Below are positions 62,092-64,000 of a stretch of 64,000 nt of DNA, piece by piece. Source of the DNA: Blepharisma stoltei ATCC 30299. Its lineage: Eukaryota; Protista; Ciliophora. The translations under genes were made by a program, and so were the position numbers. The notes under the pieces are model-generated. The model did not search any database. It was not told the DNA's origin and saw only the letters and a program-made list of their open reading frames with translations. Numbering within the stretch: the first letter of the stretch is position 1; each line of letters begins with the position of its first letter. Where the stretch lies: NCBI GenBank assembly GCA_965603825.1, contig CBFDEM010000012.1:1-64000 (forward strand). Direction: 5' to 3'.

Positions 62092-63654
62092 ATGAATTTC
62101 ATTTTTCTTTGCATCTCCCTAGCATCAGCTACTATTTCTCTCAATCTCCACTCAATTTACAAATCCAAGGAAGAAGCCCTTGAAAAACGCTTCAAGCGGT
62201 ATGCAAATTCCAAAAGATTTCTGTCGGCATCATCTGATATCACTAACTATAAAAATGTAACCCACATTTAGCTCCAATATTATGCAAGTTTCACATTTGG
62301 GACACCAGCTCAAACCTTAACATGTCTTCTTGACACAGGAAGTACATGAATTTGGGTGCCACAAAAAGGCTGCACTACTTGTGGGACGCCAGAAACTTAT
62401 TATGATCCTTCGAAATCCTCAACATATTACAACACGACAACCTACACTTCATTGACTTATTTGAAAGGGTCTTCGACAGGGTATATAAGCACTGAGACAA
62501 TTGGTTTAGAGGACGGGACAAAAGTTACAGGTCAGTATTTTATTTCAGTTTATGCAGAAACTGATGCAAGTGGATATATTCCTGATGGACTTGTAGGTTT
62601 AGGGTTTGACGTACTAAGCGATGGATACCCATCACTTATGACAACCCTAAAAGCCCAAGGATTAATTTCTAAGCGCCAATTCGCAATATTCCTTGGGGAT
62701 AACGATTGGGGTGCCAGCAGCGAATCGTTGGCTTCAAATATAATGATTGATGGGTACGATTTAGCAAAATACTCAACGGTTACTGAATTTCATTATATTC
62801 CATTAGCTGTCAACAGAGGCTATTGGGAAGTTGACTGCGACTCTGTAAAAGCGGCTGGAACCAAAATAAGCTCTTCTACGACTGCAGTTATTGATACAGG
62901 AACAAGCCTTATATATGGCCCTTTAAATGACGTTAATGATTTCTTATATATGCTAATAAAGGACTACAATTGCTATAATACGAATATTGGCGTTGTCTGC
63001 TCCTGCAATCATATCAGCAGCTTACCTTCAATTACATTTGAATTGGATAACATAGACTTTGAAGTTACTGCTGATAAGTATATGGTAGAAGAGTATAAAG
63101 GCTACTGCGTTGTAGAGATTGGAGGCTCATCAAGTTTAGACTTTTGGCTCTTAGGAGATATTTTCATAAGGCAATATTATATTAACTATGATATGGATGG
63201 AAAAAGAATAGGCTTTGCTATAAAAGCTCCAAGCTCATCATCATCGTCATCGTCGTCGTCATCAATTGCTGGGTGGAAGATTGCTGTAATTGTATGCACC
63301 ATTGGAGGAGTTGCACTTATTATTGCAGTTATAGTACTGGTTACGTGCATAAGACATAGAATAAACATGAAAAATAGTAATGCAGGGGGAAGAGAAATTG
63401 TGGTGAATGCTACTGTTAGCCAACCACAGATGTATCAAAATCAGCCACCTCAGGCAGGAGGACAGGCAATTATAGTAGGTCAGCCAATACCAGGAGGTCA
63501 AGGACAAGGACAGCCAATGCAGTATCCGGTCTCATATCCTTACCAACCTTCTGGACCTCAGGGAATAGTACAAAACCAACAATATGGGGCCAATGGCCAA
63601 CCTGGATTATTTCAGCCAGTAGTAGCCCAACCAAATAATCAAAATAGCATGTAG
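62092..63654 (+). CDS. Pepsin-family (A1) aspartic protease with poly-Ser linker, TM and Q/P/G-rich tail, ~515 aa, 15-nt intron 62257-62271
   Basis: LDTGSTW(TGA)IW and IDTGTS. Intron gtaacccacatttag is at the same site as in the 56935 paralog. Confidence 0.93.
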
Positions 63655-64000
63655 GAAACTCAGCCTAAACTACTATAATATTTAGGTTAATTCTCACTAT
63701 ATTTAATTATTTTATTGAATTTTTACACCCTATTTGAGTATTTCACTGTAGAAATATTTTTGTCTTAGAAGCTTTAAATTTTCTAATTTTTCAAATAAAT
63801 GAATATCATATTTACCTTTATGAATGTTAAATCATAAAGAGCTCCTATTCTTCTAATTTAATTTGCTTATACAGCATTACTCCTACTCATTTTTTTCCAC
63901 ATTTTGTTTAACAGTCTTCACCATCACCCCAGAGTGCTTCATTTCGCTCCCTTCTCCTGTAAAATAAACTCCTGGAAACTCAAAAAACGAGTGTATTTCC

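Noticed and set aside
1931-62349. In-frame TGA as pseudogene stops or selenocysteine
   Set aside because: They align with Trp, not Cys, in paralogs and conserved motifs.
63232-63263. (TCA/TCG)n microsatellite
   Set aside because: It simply encodes the poly-Ser stalk of the aspartic protease.
1775-63507. Many short antisense or alternate-frame ORFs in the track (e.g. 2760+, 31235-, 32480-, 56308+, 59676-)
   Set aside because: They are shadows of well-supported genes and carry no motifs of their own.

Overview
Left end of a macronuclear chromosome from a heterotrich ciliate, most likely Blepharisma. Three things show this: ~1.2 kb of (CCCTAACA)n telomere, UGA read as Trp (TGA sits opposite TGG in paralog pairs), and 15-nt GT...TAG introns with an A at position 10. 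The supplied standard-code ORF track therefore fragments most genes, and I rebuilt ~25 CDS by hand. The first ~26 kb is a subtelomeric ubiquitin-family cluster. It holds an alternating array of USP (peptidase C19) genes: one cut at codon 7 by the telomere, one full length but catalytically dead, three intact, and each full copy has an apparent second degenerate USP domain at its N-terminus. Head-to-head with the array is a tandemly duplicated pair of small non-canonical ubiquitin-like genes (one ends in free GG, two have GG plus a propeptide, one lost GG). A DeSI/PPPDE-like relic and a further dead USP lie nearby. Further in are a cNMP-gated channel with an altered filter, a QALGGH zinc finger, a PMCA-type Ca2+ pump, a DHHC acyltransferase, Nit2, a TA-bounded inverted-repeat relic, and a ~2300-aa leishmanolysin/polycystin-1-like fusion. 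The last 20 kb holds two UBL-UBL-DUF726 hydrolases, a pseudo-otubain/RING protein, bZIP, MORN, WD40, DOMON and two membrane aspartic proteases. All family calls are by eye from motifs, with no database searches.
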